A DNA stretch of 24,000 bases from an uncultured Veillonellaceae bacterium (lineage in GTDB: Bacteria > Bacillota > Negativicutes > Veillonellales > Veillonellaceae). The position numbers were made by a program, and so were the translations under genes. Below are positions 1 to 6,279 of the stretch, in pieces. The first letter of the stretch is position 1, and each line of letters opens with the position of its first letter. The DNA is taken from the NCBI GenBank assembly GCA_945867815.1, contig CAMBIX010000005.1, positions 123,821-147,820 on the forward strand, in the 5' to 3' direction. The notes under the pieces were generated by a model. That model saw only the letters and a list, made by a program, of their open reading frames with translations. It did not search any database and was not told the origin of the DNA.

Positions 1-168
1 GTCGATGCAGTGCATGTCCAGGGCTTCGATGGGCGTCGGCTTCGGGATTTTGTGCCGATCTTCTTTTTCGATGGTGATAAGCAGGGACAAACAATCCTTT
101 GCCATGAACTCGGCATCCGCTAAATCATCGCCGCAGGTGACCTGCTGGAAATCAGGAAAGAAAGAGTC
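1..168 (-). pseudogene. HicB-like (UPF0150) antitoxin fragment. Its 5' end is missing and the ORF runs off the left window edge.
   Basis: The minus-strand frame is open from 168 to position 1: DSFFPDFQQVTCGDDLADAEFMAKDCLSLLITIEKEDRHKIPKPTPIEALDMHCID. This fits the HicB N-domain pattern (FPDxPGC..GDtxeEAxxnAkeaLxxxLe...IPxP). An in-frame TAG at 169-171 removes the first beta strands. The only ATG is internal, at 105. GC content is visibly the highest in the window. Confidence 0.3.
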
Positions 169-211
169 CTAACGAAGAAAAAACAGACCTAACTTTTAGG
201 GGTTGTTTTTG

Positions 212-307
212 GCGCAAAAATATAACATGGGGCCGGGATTCCGGCAAGGGTAAAGTGTACAGCGAGCTGCCCTTGCCTGCATCCCAGCCCCATGTTTTTT
301 GTTGCGC
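212..307. repeat. Long imperfect inverted repeat (about 96-nt hairpin) upstream of tnpB
   Basis: The arms AACATGGGGCCGGGATTCCGGCAAGGG (224-250) and CCCTTGCCTGCATCCCAGCCCCATGTT (270-296) pair over 27 positions with 4 mismatches and a 19-nt loop. An outer GCGCAA/TTGCGC pairing lies at 212-217/302-307. T-runs flank the structure on both strands. Confidence 0.6.
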
Positions 308-364
308 GTAAAAGCAAGAACCAAGTGGTTCTGGAAAAGAGTTCACCCAAAGGAGCGAATGACC

Positions 365-1450
365 ATGAAAACCAATGAACGCGCAAAATACACTTACTTA
401 ACGTTACAGTTACTGCCGACCGAGAAAGAACGTGAAGCGTTGCAAACGACCTGGAACAACTACAAAGAAGCCTGCAATACTTTTTCACGGACCAAGTATT
501 GGAAACTGGCAAGAGAAAAGCATATGGATGTTTCTGCCTGCAAAAAAGAATACCTGAAATCAGCCCGCGCCTTAGCTCAAAGATTGCTTCATGGTGTTTA
601 CGAAATTAGCATCAGACACACAGTGAAAATGGCCTATAAACGCCAAGAATCTGATAAAAAATTAGCATTGATTGTCTTCGGTGAGTACGACGAAAAGAAT
701 GTTAAACATCTTACCATTCCATACTTGCGCAAACCAACTTTCAACATAGATTTTGCCAAGAAAATATACTGCTTAGATTTGGTAGACGGTTTCCAACATA
801 TAGCCTTTACTATCCCTGAAGGAATACCGGAACCGCCCGCGTCCTGGGAAGCCATCGAAGTTTACTTGCAGCCAATCTACGGAACCTGGTACTTGACATT
901 GATGTTCCCAAATCCGACAGCTAACATGGACGTCAGCCCGGATACCAACATCGTTGGTATCGACCGCGGGGAAATCAATATTGCCACGACTTACTCACTG
1001 GACAAAGGAGCCAAACGGTATAGCGCAGAGGATTACTCTCTCCCTTATGAGGGTGGCACGAAAGACGATTACCACAAGACGCTTTTTGCAAAAGATGTCA
1101 TTGTCGCAAAGGAAATTGTAGAGAGAGAATCTCCTGATACGATATTCGTTTTAGAAGATCTGCATTTCAATAAATTGCGAAAAGGATGGTCCTATCGTAA
1201 TTTCAGTGACGCGTTCATCTACCTTGCGGCCTTGCGCCATCAATGCGTATTCTTCTGCGACCCGCGCAACACCAGCCGGACCTGCCCCAAATGTGGCGAA
1301 GTCACGAATACAGAACGCAATCGCGATGAACACCGATTCATATGTCGTAGTTGTGGTTACGGCGAAAAAGAAATCGTCAATGATGATGAAAATGCGGCCG
1401 AAAACATTTACCTTCGCGGCCGAAAAGAACTTTTAAAAGATGATGTCTGA
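365..1450 (+). CDS. tnpB: TnpB / IS605 OrfB-family RNA-guided endonuclease (RuvC-like plus zinc finger)
   Basis: RuvC motif residues are present: D in VGIDRGEINIATT, E in IFVLEDLHF, D in NDDENAAENIYLRG. The zinc finger is CPKCG...CRSCG. The N-terminus YTYLTLQLLPTEKEREALQTTWNNY is typical of TnpB. SD AGGAG lies at 351-355, with in-frame ATGs at 359 and 365; 365 has the better spacing. The 299 start in the ORF track lies inside the hairpin and is unlikely. Confidence 0.85.
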   Translation: MKTNERAKYTYLTLQLLPTEKEREALQTTWNNYKEACNTFSRTKYWKLAREKHMDVSACKKEYLKSARALAQRLLHGVYEISIRHTVKMAYKRQESDKKLALIVFGEYDEKNVKHLTIPYLRKPTFNIDFAKKIYCLDLVDGFQHIAFTIPEGIPEPPASWEAIEVYLQPIYGTWYLTLMFPNPTANMDVSPDTNIVGIDRGEINIATTYSLDKGAKRYSAEDYSLPYEGGTKDDYHKTLFAKDVIVAKEIVERESPDTIFVLEDLHFNKLRKGWSYRNFSDAFIYLAALRHQCVFFCDPRNTSRTCPKCGEVTNTERNRDEHRFICRSCGYGEKEIVNDDENAAENIYLRGRKELLKDDV

Positions 1451-1590
1451 GTAAGGTTAAGAATGAGTTGAACCATGCTACACATGCACATGTGTATGTG
1501 TAGCATAAGCTACGCTTTTATCAAAAATCTTGAAAAAAAAGAAAGCCTCACAAACGGCTTGGTTAAGCGATTTGTGAGGCAATTTGCAAC
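1451..1590 (+). ncRNA. Candidate omega/reRNA scaffold or right-end structures of the tnpB element
   Basis: A 32-nt near-perfect palindrome ATGCTACACATGCACATGTGTATGTGTAGCAT lies at 1475-1506. A second hairpin pairs GCCTCACAAA (1545-1554) with TTTGTGAGGC (1571-1580) and has an inner GCTT/AAGC stem. Neither is followed by a T-run. Their position directly 3' of tnpB is where omega RNAs are encoded. The exact 5' and 3' ends are unknown. Confidence 0.3.
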
Positions 1591-1759
1591 TATTCCCATT
1601 CGATTTTTTATTTATAATACCATGTATTTTATATTTATACCACACATATTATATGTATATATTATAGTAATTGTAGTAAAATTACTGTTTTAAATTATTT
1701 TTAGTCACAGAATGGTCTCACCTATACCCTTTTTGTTTGACTCATGCTATAATACAAAA

Positions 1760-1850
1760 AGAGGAGCAAGCTTTGTAACAGCTAAGCTCATCTCCATGAA
1801 AAATAGAAAGATGAGAAATGGCCTAGTGTTTACTACATTAGGTCGTTTTT
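1760..1850 (+). ncRNA. Candidate small RNA (possible type I antitoxin) convergent with the 22-aa toxin ORF
   Basis: An extended -10 TGcTATAAT lies at 1745-1753, with no good -35. Internal hairpin CTCATCT (1787-1793)/AGATGAG (1809-1815). Terminal hairpin CCTAGTG (1822-1828)/CATTAGG (1836-1842) is followed by TCGTTTTT. The 3' end abuts the stop codon of the opposite-strand peptide gene. Confidence 0.25.
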
Positions 1851-1919
1851 CTATTTCAGAATAACGACTATAAGATTAATGATTGCTATCAATAAAGATA
1901 GTTTCTCAAAAGTACTCAT
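1851..1919 (-). CDS. 22-aa hydrophobic peptide resembling Firmicute 'holin-like' type I toxins
   Basis: MSTFEKLSLLIAIINLIVVILK. SD GGTGGTG lies 5 nt upstream of the ATG at 1919. The N-terminus MSTFEKLSLLIA resembles the MSxYExLxLMxxF start of that peptide family. Below the ORF-track size cutoff. Confidence 0.4.
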   Translation of the reverse strand: MSTFEKLSLLIAIINLIVVILK

Positions 1920-2234
1920 AGCATCACCACCTTATTGGAGATAATCCTATGTCCTTTTCACCTAAATTCTATCCTAATAAAGAAATTAAAGATTTACCTG
2001 TGAAGATTATAAGTAAAGTTATTGAATTGCGTAGATCATTCTAAAACACTACTGTAGTACAAATTTAACCGCTTTGTTGCCGTCACCATAGTGGTAGATT
2101 TTGAGTGTGTTCTTCTGACTACAAGCTATTGAATTATGTATATTCTTTTAGCTTAAGTATGTTATTCGATTTTTCCCCAACTATAAAAGTAGTAGACAAT
2201 TAAGTTTCTAGCAAAAATTTAAGGAGTATATTAA

Positions 2235-2372
2235 ATGAATGATTTAACAACCTCTCGACTCGATAGGCAAAACATCTTAAATAATTCTATCGCACTTAAG
2301 GAAATTGAAACCGAACTATCTTCTCATATACATGGCTCTATTTGGAAAGAAGAAACTTGGTTCACGTTCTAG
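2235..2372 (+). CDS. Hypothetical 45-aa protein
   Basis: MNDLTTSRLDRQNILNNSIALKEIETELSSHIHGSIWKEETWFTF. A strong SD AAGGAG at 2221-2226 lies 8 nt before the ATG. No recognisable family. Confidence 0.3.
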   Translation: MNDLTTSRLDRQNILNNSIALKEIETELSSHIHGSIWKEETWFTF

Positions 2373-2409
2373 GTCAGCTTGTTGCACCTAAAGGAGCGTG
2401 ATTTTTTTA

Positions 2410-2618
2410 TGTGGATGGAAACAATCACTTATAAATCTGGGCAAGTCAAATATAAATTCTTTGAACGATATAAATGCCCTTATACGGGTAACAGAAAAGA
2501 GATATTTCATATGGAGTTATTGTCCAATTTTCTAATCTCCGTTCTAGCAGGTATAATTAATTATTTTATCAACAACAGCTTTAGCGTGCTTCCCTTCGGC
2601 ACATTTCAGGCACAATAA
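2410..2618 (+). pseudogene. Remnant of a second integrase gene (N-terminal arm-binding segment only) fused to unrelated sequence
   Basis: MWMETITYKSGQVKYKFFERYKCPYTGNRKEI matches the N-terminal pattern of Firmicute phage/ICE tyrosine integrases (xGKxKYxFxERYxDPxTGKxKxV). After about residue 32 the sequence becomes hydrophobic and unrelated, with no catalytic domain. Confidence 0.4.
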
Positions 2619-2674
2619 ATATAAGTACTATAATAATATACAGTCATTTACTGTGTTCGTAGTATATATTATTG

Positions 2675-3733
2675 TTATATATCTTGTATTAATTTGTTAA
2701 GTTTATCCGCTACCTTTTCAGCCTCATTAGGATATAAATGTGAATAGATGTTTAATGTTGTTTTTATATCTTCATGACCTAACCGCTCCTTTATAAGCAG
2801 CGGTGTTACATTCATTTGAATTAGCAGCGAAGCGTGAGAATGCCGTAAATCATGAATACGTATTTTAGGTATTCCTGTTGCTTCGCTAGCTTTAGTTATA
2901 ATCGTGTTAATTGCCCATTGTGTTGTTCTAAACAATAGTTCTTTATCTCTATATTTATATAAATGAGTTTTATATTCCATCACTTCATCCCATACCTCTT
3001 TAGGCATGGTTACTGTCCGAATTGATTTAGGTGTTTTAGGCGTTTGTAATACGCCTCTATACAGCGTTTGCTTAACCGTAAGGCTTATATTATCACTATT
3101 AAAGCAATCGCCTGTTAACGCTAAGGCTTCACCAATACGTATACCCGTCCAATAAAGAAGATCTATAACTACTAATGCCGTAGGATTAAGCTTTTTACCT
3201 CTAATAAAAGCCTTATAAGTCTTATAATCCTTTAACGTCCAGAATTTAATATTACGGTATTCATCTCTTTTAGGCGCTCCACAAAGTCTAGCAGGATTTG
3301 ACGGCAATCCATAGAATTTTTCAGCAAAGTTAAAAACTGCATTTAATTGATTATGAACGGTTCGTAATGTGCTATCTTTTAATCCTCGTTCTTTAAGTTT
3401 ACCCTGCCATAATTTTATATCTATGGGTTTTATCGCATTTAAGGCCGTAGAGCCAAAAACAGGCAAGATATGAACCTTTCCTATCTGAAGCTTTGTACCT
3501 AGGGTAGAAGTCTTAATTTCCTTGCTTATAGTCCCAATATAAAGATTATAGCAATCTGAAAAAAGCATTTCTGCACTATGCAATTTTTTATTTAATTCAG
3601 CTTGTTCTGCTTCTTTTGCTTCTCTTTTAGTTTCATACCCTGTTTTACGCTTTCTTTTTCGTTGCCCTTTCCAATCTGTATAATAAAAGGTAATAGCCCA
3701 TTTCCCGTTTCTTTTGTCTTTGTATACACTCAT
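2675..3733 (-). CDS. int: Tyrosine recombinase / phage-type integrase
   Basis: N-terminus MSVYKDKRNGKWAITFYYTDWKGQRKRKRKTGYETKREAKEAE (arm-binding type). Catalytic region: TGIRIGEALAL, HDLRHSHASLL, LGHEDIKTTLNIYSHL (R..HxxR..Y). Confidence 0.95.
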   Translation of the reverse strand: MSVYKDKRNGKWAITFYYTDWKGQRKRKRKTGYETKREAKEAEQAELNKKLHSAEMLFSDCYNLYIGTISKEIKTSTLGTKLQIGKVHILPVFGSTALNAIKPIDIKLWQGKLKERGLKDSTLRTVHNQLNAVFNFAEKFYGLPSNPARLCGAPKRDEYRNIKFWTLKDYKTYKAFIRGKKLNPTALVVIDLLYWTGIRIGEALALTGDCFNSDNISLTVKQTLYRGVLQTPKTPKSIRTVTMPKEVWDEVMEYKTHLYKYRDKELLFRTTQWAINTIITKASEATGIPKIRIHDLRHSHASLLIQMNVTPLLIKERLGHEDIKTTLNIYSHLYPNEAEKVADKLNKLIQDI

Positions 3734-3759
3734 TTATTTACAGCTCCTGCCTTTGTGCT

Positions 3760-3788
3760 ATAATAGCTCTAGTAGCGTTTTAATCCAA
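3760..3788 (-). promoter_or_regulatory. Candidate integrase promoter
   Basis: On the minus strand: TTGGAT (3788-3783), a 17-nt spacer, then TATTAT (3765-3760). SD AGGAG (3748-3744) precedes the ATG at 3733. The promoter sits downstream of the xis terminator. Confidence 0.5.
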
Positions 3789-3840
3789 TTATTCCTTTCT
3801 TTAAAATAGGTATCCAATACTGGATACCTATTTTTTTATT
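3771..3840 (+). ncRNA. Candidate ~70-nt sRNA divergent from int, antisense to xis-to-int readthrough
   Basis: Plus-strand promoter: TTTACA (3737-3742), a 16-nt spacer, then TGcTATAAT (3756-3764). A 14-bp perfect-stem terminator at 3803-3834 plus a T-run lies about 40 nt downstream of the predicted TSS. No ORF. Confidence 0.3.
3803..3840. terminator. Bidirectional intrinsic terminator between xis and int
   Basis: AAAATAGGTATCCA (3803-3816), loop ATAC, TGGATACCTATTTT (3821-3834), then TTTATTTT. This is a perfect 14-bp stem. U-runs are available on both strands through the A/T base of the stem. Confidence 0.8.
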
Positions 3841-4006
3841 TTAAGTTATATCTTTTAAAAAGATAGTCTTTAGGGATGCGACCAGAAATTGTATAAAAGC
3901 CTTGCTCTTCAAGCTCATTATTTAATTGTTTTATGGTCTTATAAGCTGTCGGCTTTTCAATTTGTAGTATCTCCATCACATCCTGCACTCGCAGCATTGT
4001 ATTCAT
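3836..4006 (-). CDS. xis: Excisionase-family small HTH DNA-binding protein
   Basis: 56 aa: MNTMLRVQDVMEILQIEKPTAYKTIKQLNNELEEQGFYTISGRIPKDYLFKRYNLK. This fits the MerR/excisionase-type HTH pattern (LtvxEvaexLgisxxtaYxlixxln...G.....GRIpkxyfxxR). It lies next to int. Its start overlaps the upstream stop (TGATG). Below the ORF-track cutoff. Confidence 0.7.
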   Translation of the reverse strand: MNTMLRVQDVMEILQIEKPTAYKTIKQLNNELEEQGFYTISGRIPKDYLFKRYNLK

Positions 4007-4248
4007 CAGATTCTCCCTGTTACTACATAATAATCTTCACCGTATAGCTTATCCTTATTTTTAATTTTAGGATTAATCCCTATCATCTTAGAAAAAAGGT
4101 TCCTTCGGTCCCCTATCTCTATATATTCTACCCGTTTTCCTTTAGACACTTTGCATTTACCTTCATATAGCCGTTCTTCTGATCCATGTAGCCTTTTTTT
4201 AATGGCTGCATTTCTTTTTATAAAATCAGGAAAATTATTTAATTCCAT
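4006..4248 (-). CDS. Hypothetical 80-aa basic protein
   Basis: ORF with SD GAGGTGAGGAG. Its start overlaps the upstream stop (TAATG) and its stop overlaps the xis start. No recognisable motif. Confidence 0.6.
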   Translation of the reverse strand: MELNNFPDFIKRNAAIKKRLHGSEERLYEGKCKVSKGKRVEYIEIGDRRNLFSKMIGINPKIKNKDKLYGEDYYVVTGRI

Positions 4249-4586
4249 TACTCCTCACCTCGTTTTCTTGTTCTCTCTAGCCCTTTAGCTTTTTGTTTAT
4301 CTTTTTTCTTTTCTTTCTTTTTAGGATTTTTAATGCCTTTATTCTTTAATTTTTTATTAACCGATTTAACGGCCTTCATCCGTTTTTGTATCTCTTTTTT
4401 AGCGTTAATTTTATTTTTTAGCGTTGCATAAGATACTTTATCTTCTAATGCATCTAAAAACTCTTTCTTATCTAAAACGACAGCATAATTCATTAATTCT
4501 GTCATGCTGTTTATATCCATAGAATCAACAAGCTGTAACATTTCGATTTCTGTATCTATATCTCTCATACCTATACTTTCATACAA
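4248..4586 (-). CDS. Hypothetical 112-aa protein with an acidic N-half and a lysine-rich tail
   Basis: ORF in the coupled operon. The C-terminus KKLKNKGIKNPKKKEKKKDKQKAK suggests nucleic-acid binding. An alternative start at 4568 (MRDID) lies 2 nt after the upstream stop. Confidence 0.55.
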   Translation of the reverse strand: MYESIGMRDIDTEIEMLQLVDSMDINSMTELMNYAVVLDKKEFLDALEDKVSYATLKNKINAKKEIQKRMKAVKSVNKKLKNKGIKNPKKKEKKKDKQKAKGLERTRKRGEE

Positions 4587-5107
4587 AGATATACGGAAAG
4601 GAGTACCACTACTACAGCCATATATTCTTGTATGCTTCCTACTTTAAATAATCGAACACCTATTTTATCTCGTATATGCAGTCCTGGTATTTTCCCTGTT
4701 ATTCCATCTTCTATAATATGAAAAAGACAGCCTATAAGAAAAAATAAGCCAACTAATGTCCCGTTATTAATAATAAAGTATTTCACATTATAAAAATGTA
4801 AGTAATGTAAAATACTATATATTACATTATCTTCATTAAAATAATGCAATATAATATTATGATAAGCTCCTGTCCCTATCACAAATAAAGAAACGAATAC
4901 AGCAGCTACCAAGTAAGGAACGAACCAATGGCTGCCTTTTCGATGGTGATTTAAATATTGATATTTATTGCTATAAGCCCATGGTGGCGTTTCTATCCAA
5001 TCAGGGAAAGTACTGCCAATAACACTTGCGACTGTTAATATAGGATTCGTTGTTAATCCCCATATAATAGCGCCTGTAATCGCTTTATGACTAATCCATT
5101 TCATCAC
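4571..5107 (-). CDS. YdjM/DUF457-like membrane-bound metal-dependent hydrolase
   Basis: Multi-pass membrane protein with His/Asp motifs placed as in DUF457: SHKAITG..., FPDWIE, HRKGSHW, FHIIEDGITG. The start overlaps the upstream stop (ATGA). Confidence 0.55.
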   Translation of the reverse strand: MMKWISHKAITGAIIWGLTTNPILTVASVIGSTFPDWIETPPWAYSNKYQYLNHHRKGSHWFVPYLVAAVFVSLFVIGTGAYHNIILHYFNEDNVIYSILHYLHFYNVKYFIINNGTLVGLFFLIGCLFHIIEDGITGKIPGLHIRDKIGVRLFKVGSIQEYMAVVVVLLSVYLCMKV

Positions 5108-5529
5108 TTTTTATCTCCATGATCCAGCCTCCCCCGTATGCCGTCATAAGCAAACTTTAAATTTGCCCAAATATAACCAATGATATTTGGATAATCCGCC
5201 CGTTTAGGCGCCATAGCTTCATAATCTATCTCTTCTTTTTCTTCCTTTTCTTTTACAGGCAAATACTTAATAAGCAGAAAAATAGCAATATACATAACTA
5301 TCCATAAAAGAAGACTAAATAAATCAAAGAAAGAAAAAACAATATCTATCGCTATTACTACTAAAGGCAGGCATAAGACAACCCGTACAATCGGATCATG
5401 AAACATAAGATATAAAACATCCTCGGTTGTTTTATTCTTTTTCTTGGCCGTCTCTATAAGTTTCTTATCCTTTTGTATGACTTTGTCGTGATTTTTTATA
5501 TATTCGTTTACTTTGTTTTTTATGTTCAT
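5104..5529 (-). CDS. Hypothetical membrane protein (two central TM helices)
   Basis: VVLCLPLVVIAIDIVFSFF and LLLWIVMYIAIFLLI are flanked by charged segments (KEKEEKEE). There is a 1-nt gap from the upstream gene. Confidence 0.6.
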   Translation of the reverse strand: MNIKNKVNEYIKNHDKVIQKDKKLIETAKKKNKTTEDVLYLMFHDPIVRVVLCLPLVVIAIDIVFSFFDLFSLLLWIVMYIAIFLLIKYLPVKEKEEKEEIDYEAMAPKRADYPNIIGYIWANLKFAYDGIRGRLDHGDKK

Positions 5530-5530
5530 A

Positions 5531-5824
5531 TCACAATCCTAATTTTTTTCTTACATTTTCAAGGCCTTTTTCCTGAAGCCGCTTATTGTTCAGCGGCGTT
5601 ATCGGCATTGTGCCTATAACTTCGTCTAAAGAAATGCCTAAATCATTAGCAATATTGAGTACCACCCAAAGATTCGGCATCATTTTTGGATTTATAGAAA
5701 ATACACTGTACCACTTCATATATTTTTTACCGAAATCCGTTTTATTTAAACCTAGCAGCTTACGAATTTCTTCCAACCGCTTATGAAGCACCTCAGCAGC
5801 TTTTAATCGTCCTTCCAGTTCCAT
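5531..5824 (-). CDS. XRE-like HTH protein
   Basis: LEEIRKLLGLNKTDFGKKY...LNIANDLGISLDEVIG has the HTH_3 layout. SD AAGAGG. The start overlaps the upstream stop (TAATG). Confidence 0.55.
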   Translation of the reverse strand: MELEGRLKAAEVLHKRLEEIRKLLGLNKTDFGKKYMKWYSVFSINPKMMPNLWVVLNIANDLGISLDEVIGTMPITPLNNKRLQEKGLENVRKKLGL

Positions 5825-6105
5825 TAATAACCTCTTTTCATTTCATCAACACTCGCCGGCGGCTGGTGGCTCATTAAATAATTATGCTGTTCCCACCAAA
5901 TTTCTCTCTGTATAGCCAGCTCGGCTTCCATACGTGCTTTTTCTTCTTTTTCTTCTTTTATTTCTTTTCTGTAGATTAAGCGGTAAAGAAGCTTATAGTA
6001 AACAACTACACAGCAGATACCAAAGACAGTAATTGAAAATGCACCTTGCATTACATTTGTTAACCACCAGTAGTAAAATCCACCTAAAAGCAGCCACTTA
6101 ATCAT
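5824..6105 (-). CDS. Hypothetical small membrane protein (two TM helices plus a charged helix)
   Basis: MIKWLLLGGFYYWWLTNVMQGAFSITVFGICCVVVYY is followed by KEIKEEKEEKARMEAELA. First gene after the motif-rich intergenic region. Confidence 0.6.
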   Translation of the reverse strand: MIKWLLLGGFYYWWLTNVMQGAFSITVFGICCVVVYYKLLYRLIYRKEIKEEKEEKARMEAELAIQREIWWEQHNYLMSHQPPASVDEMKRGY

Positions 6106-6120
6106 GGTAATCAGTCCTTC

Positions 6121-6279
6121 TTCTCTAAATAATAATAATTTTCATTTATTTATAATTTAATTAATGTAATTTACTATTTTGTAATGTATTTTAATATTAA
6201 AAATGTTTTTAATGTATATAGTTTAATTAGTGTATTCGGCTTTGATTAATGCATTTTAACAATATGTTTTCTCAACTAA
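6121..6279. promoter_or_regulatory. AT-rich control region with a phased TAATGTA(A/T) motif array
   Basis: TAATGTAA starts at 6162. TAATGTAT starts at 6182 and 6210. Variants are TAGTGTAT at 6228, TAATGCAT at 6247 and AAATGTTT at 6201. Spacings of 20, 28, 18 and 19 bp are close to multiples of a helical turn. The region lies upstream of the leftward six-gene operon. Confidence 0.5.

Larger units (their letters stand above)
172..1590. mobile_element. tnpB-only IS200/IS605-group (IS1341-like) element. The ends are not resolved.
   Basis: A single TnpB/OrfB gene with no tnpA. There is a large hairpin 5' of the gene and two strong hairpins 3' of it. The element abuts a truncated ORF on the left and a compositional break on the right. 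Confidence 0.4.

Noticed and set aside
299-364. ORF-track start of tnpB at 299
   Set aside because: That start lies within the right arm of the hairpin and has no SD. AGGAG at 351-355 supports the ATG at 359 or 365.
152-512. Minus-strand ORFs 152-346 and 189-512
   Set aside because: They span the large hairpin and the tnpB 5' end. They have no SD or motifs and arise from the palindromic sequence.
1475-1693. 72-aa ORF MLHMHMCMCSISYAF…
   Set aside because: It begins inside the 32-nt palindrome and continues through very AT-rich, low-complexity DNA. No SD is present.
1949-2044. 31-aa plus-strand ORF MSFSPKFYPNKEIKDLPVKIISKVIELRRSF
   Set aside because: It has only a moderate SD and no recognisable features. 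It lies opposite the probable promoter of the 22-aa toxin. The support is insufficient to call it.
2620-2675. Imperfect AT-only inverted repeats downstream of int (possible terminator or att arm sites)
   Set aside because: The pairing needs large bulges and is AT-only. It cannot be distinguished from chance in this composition without the attR sequence.
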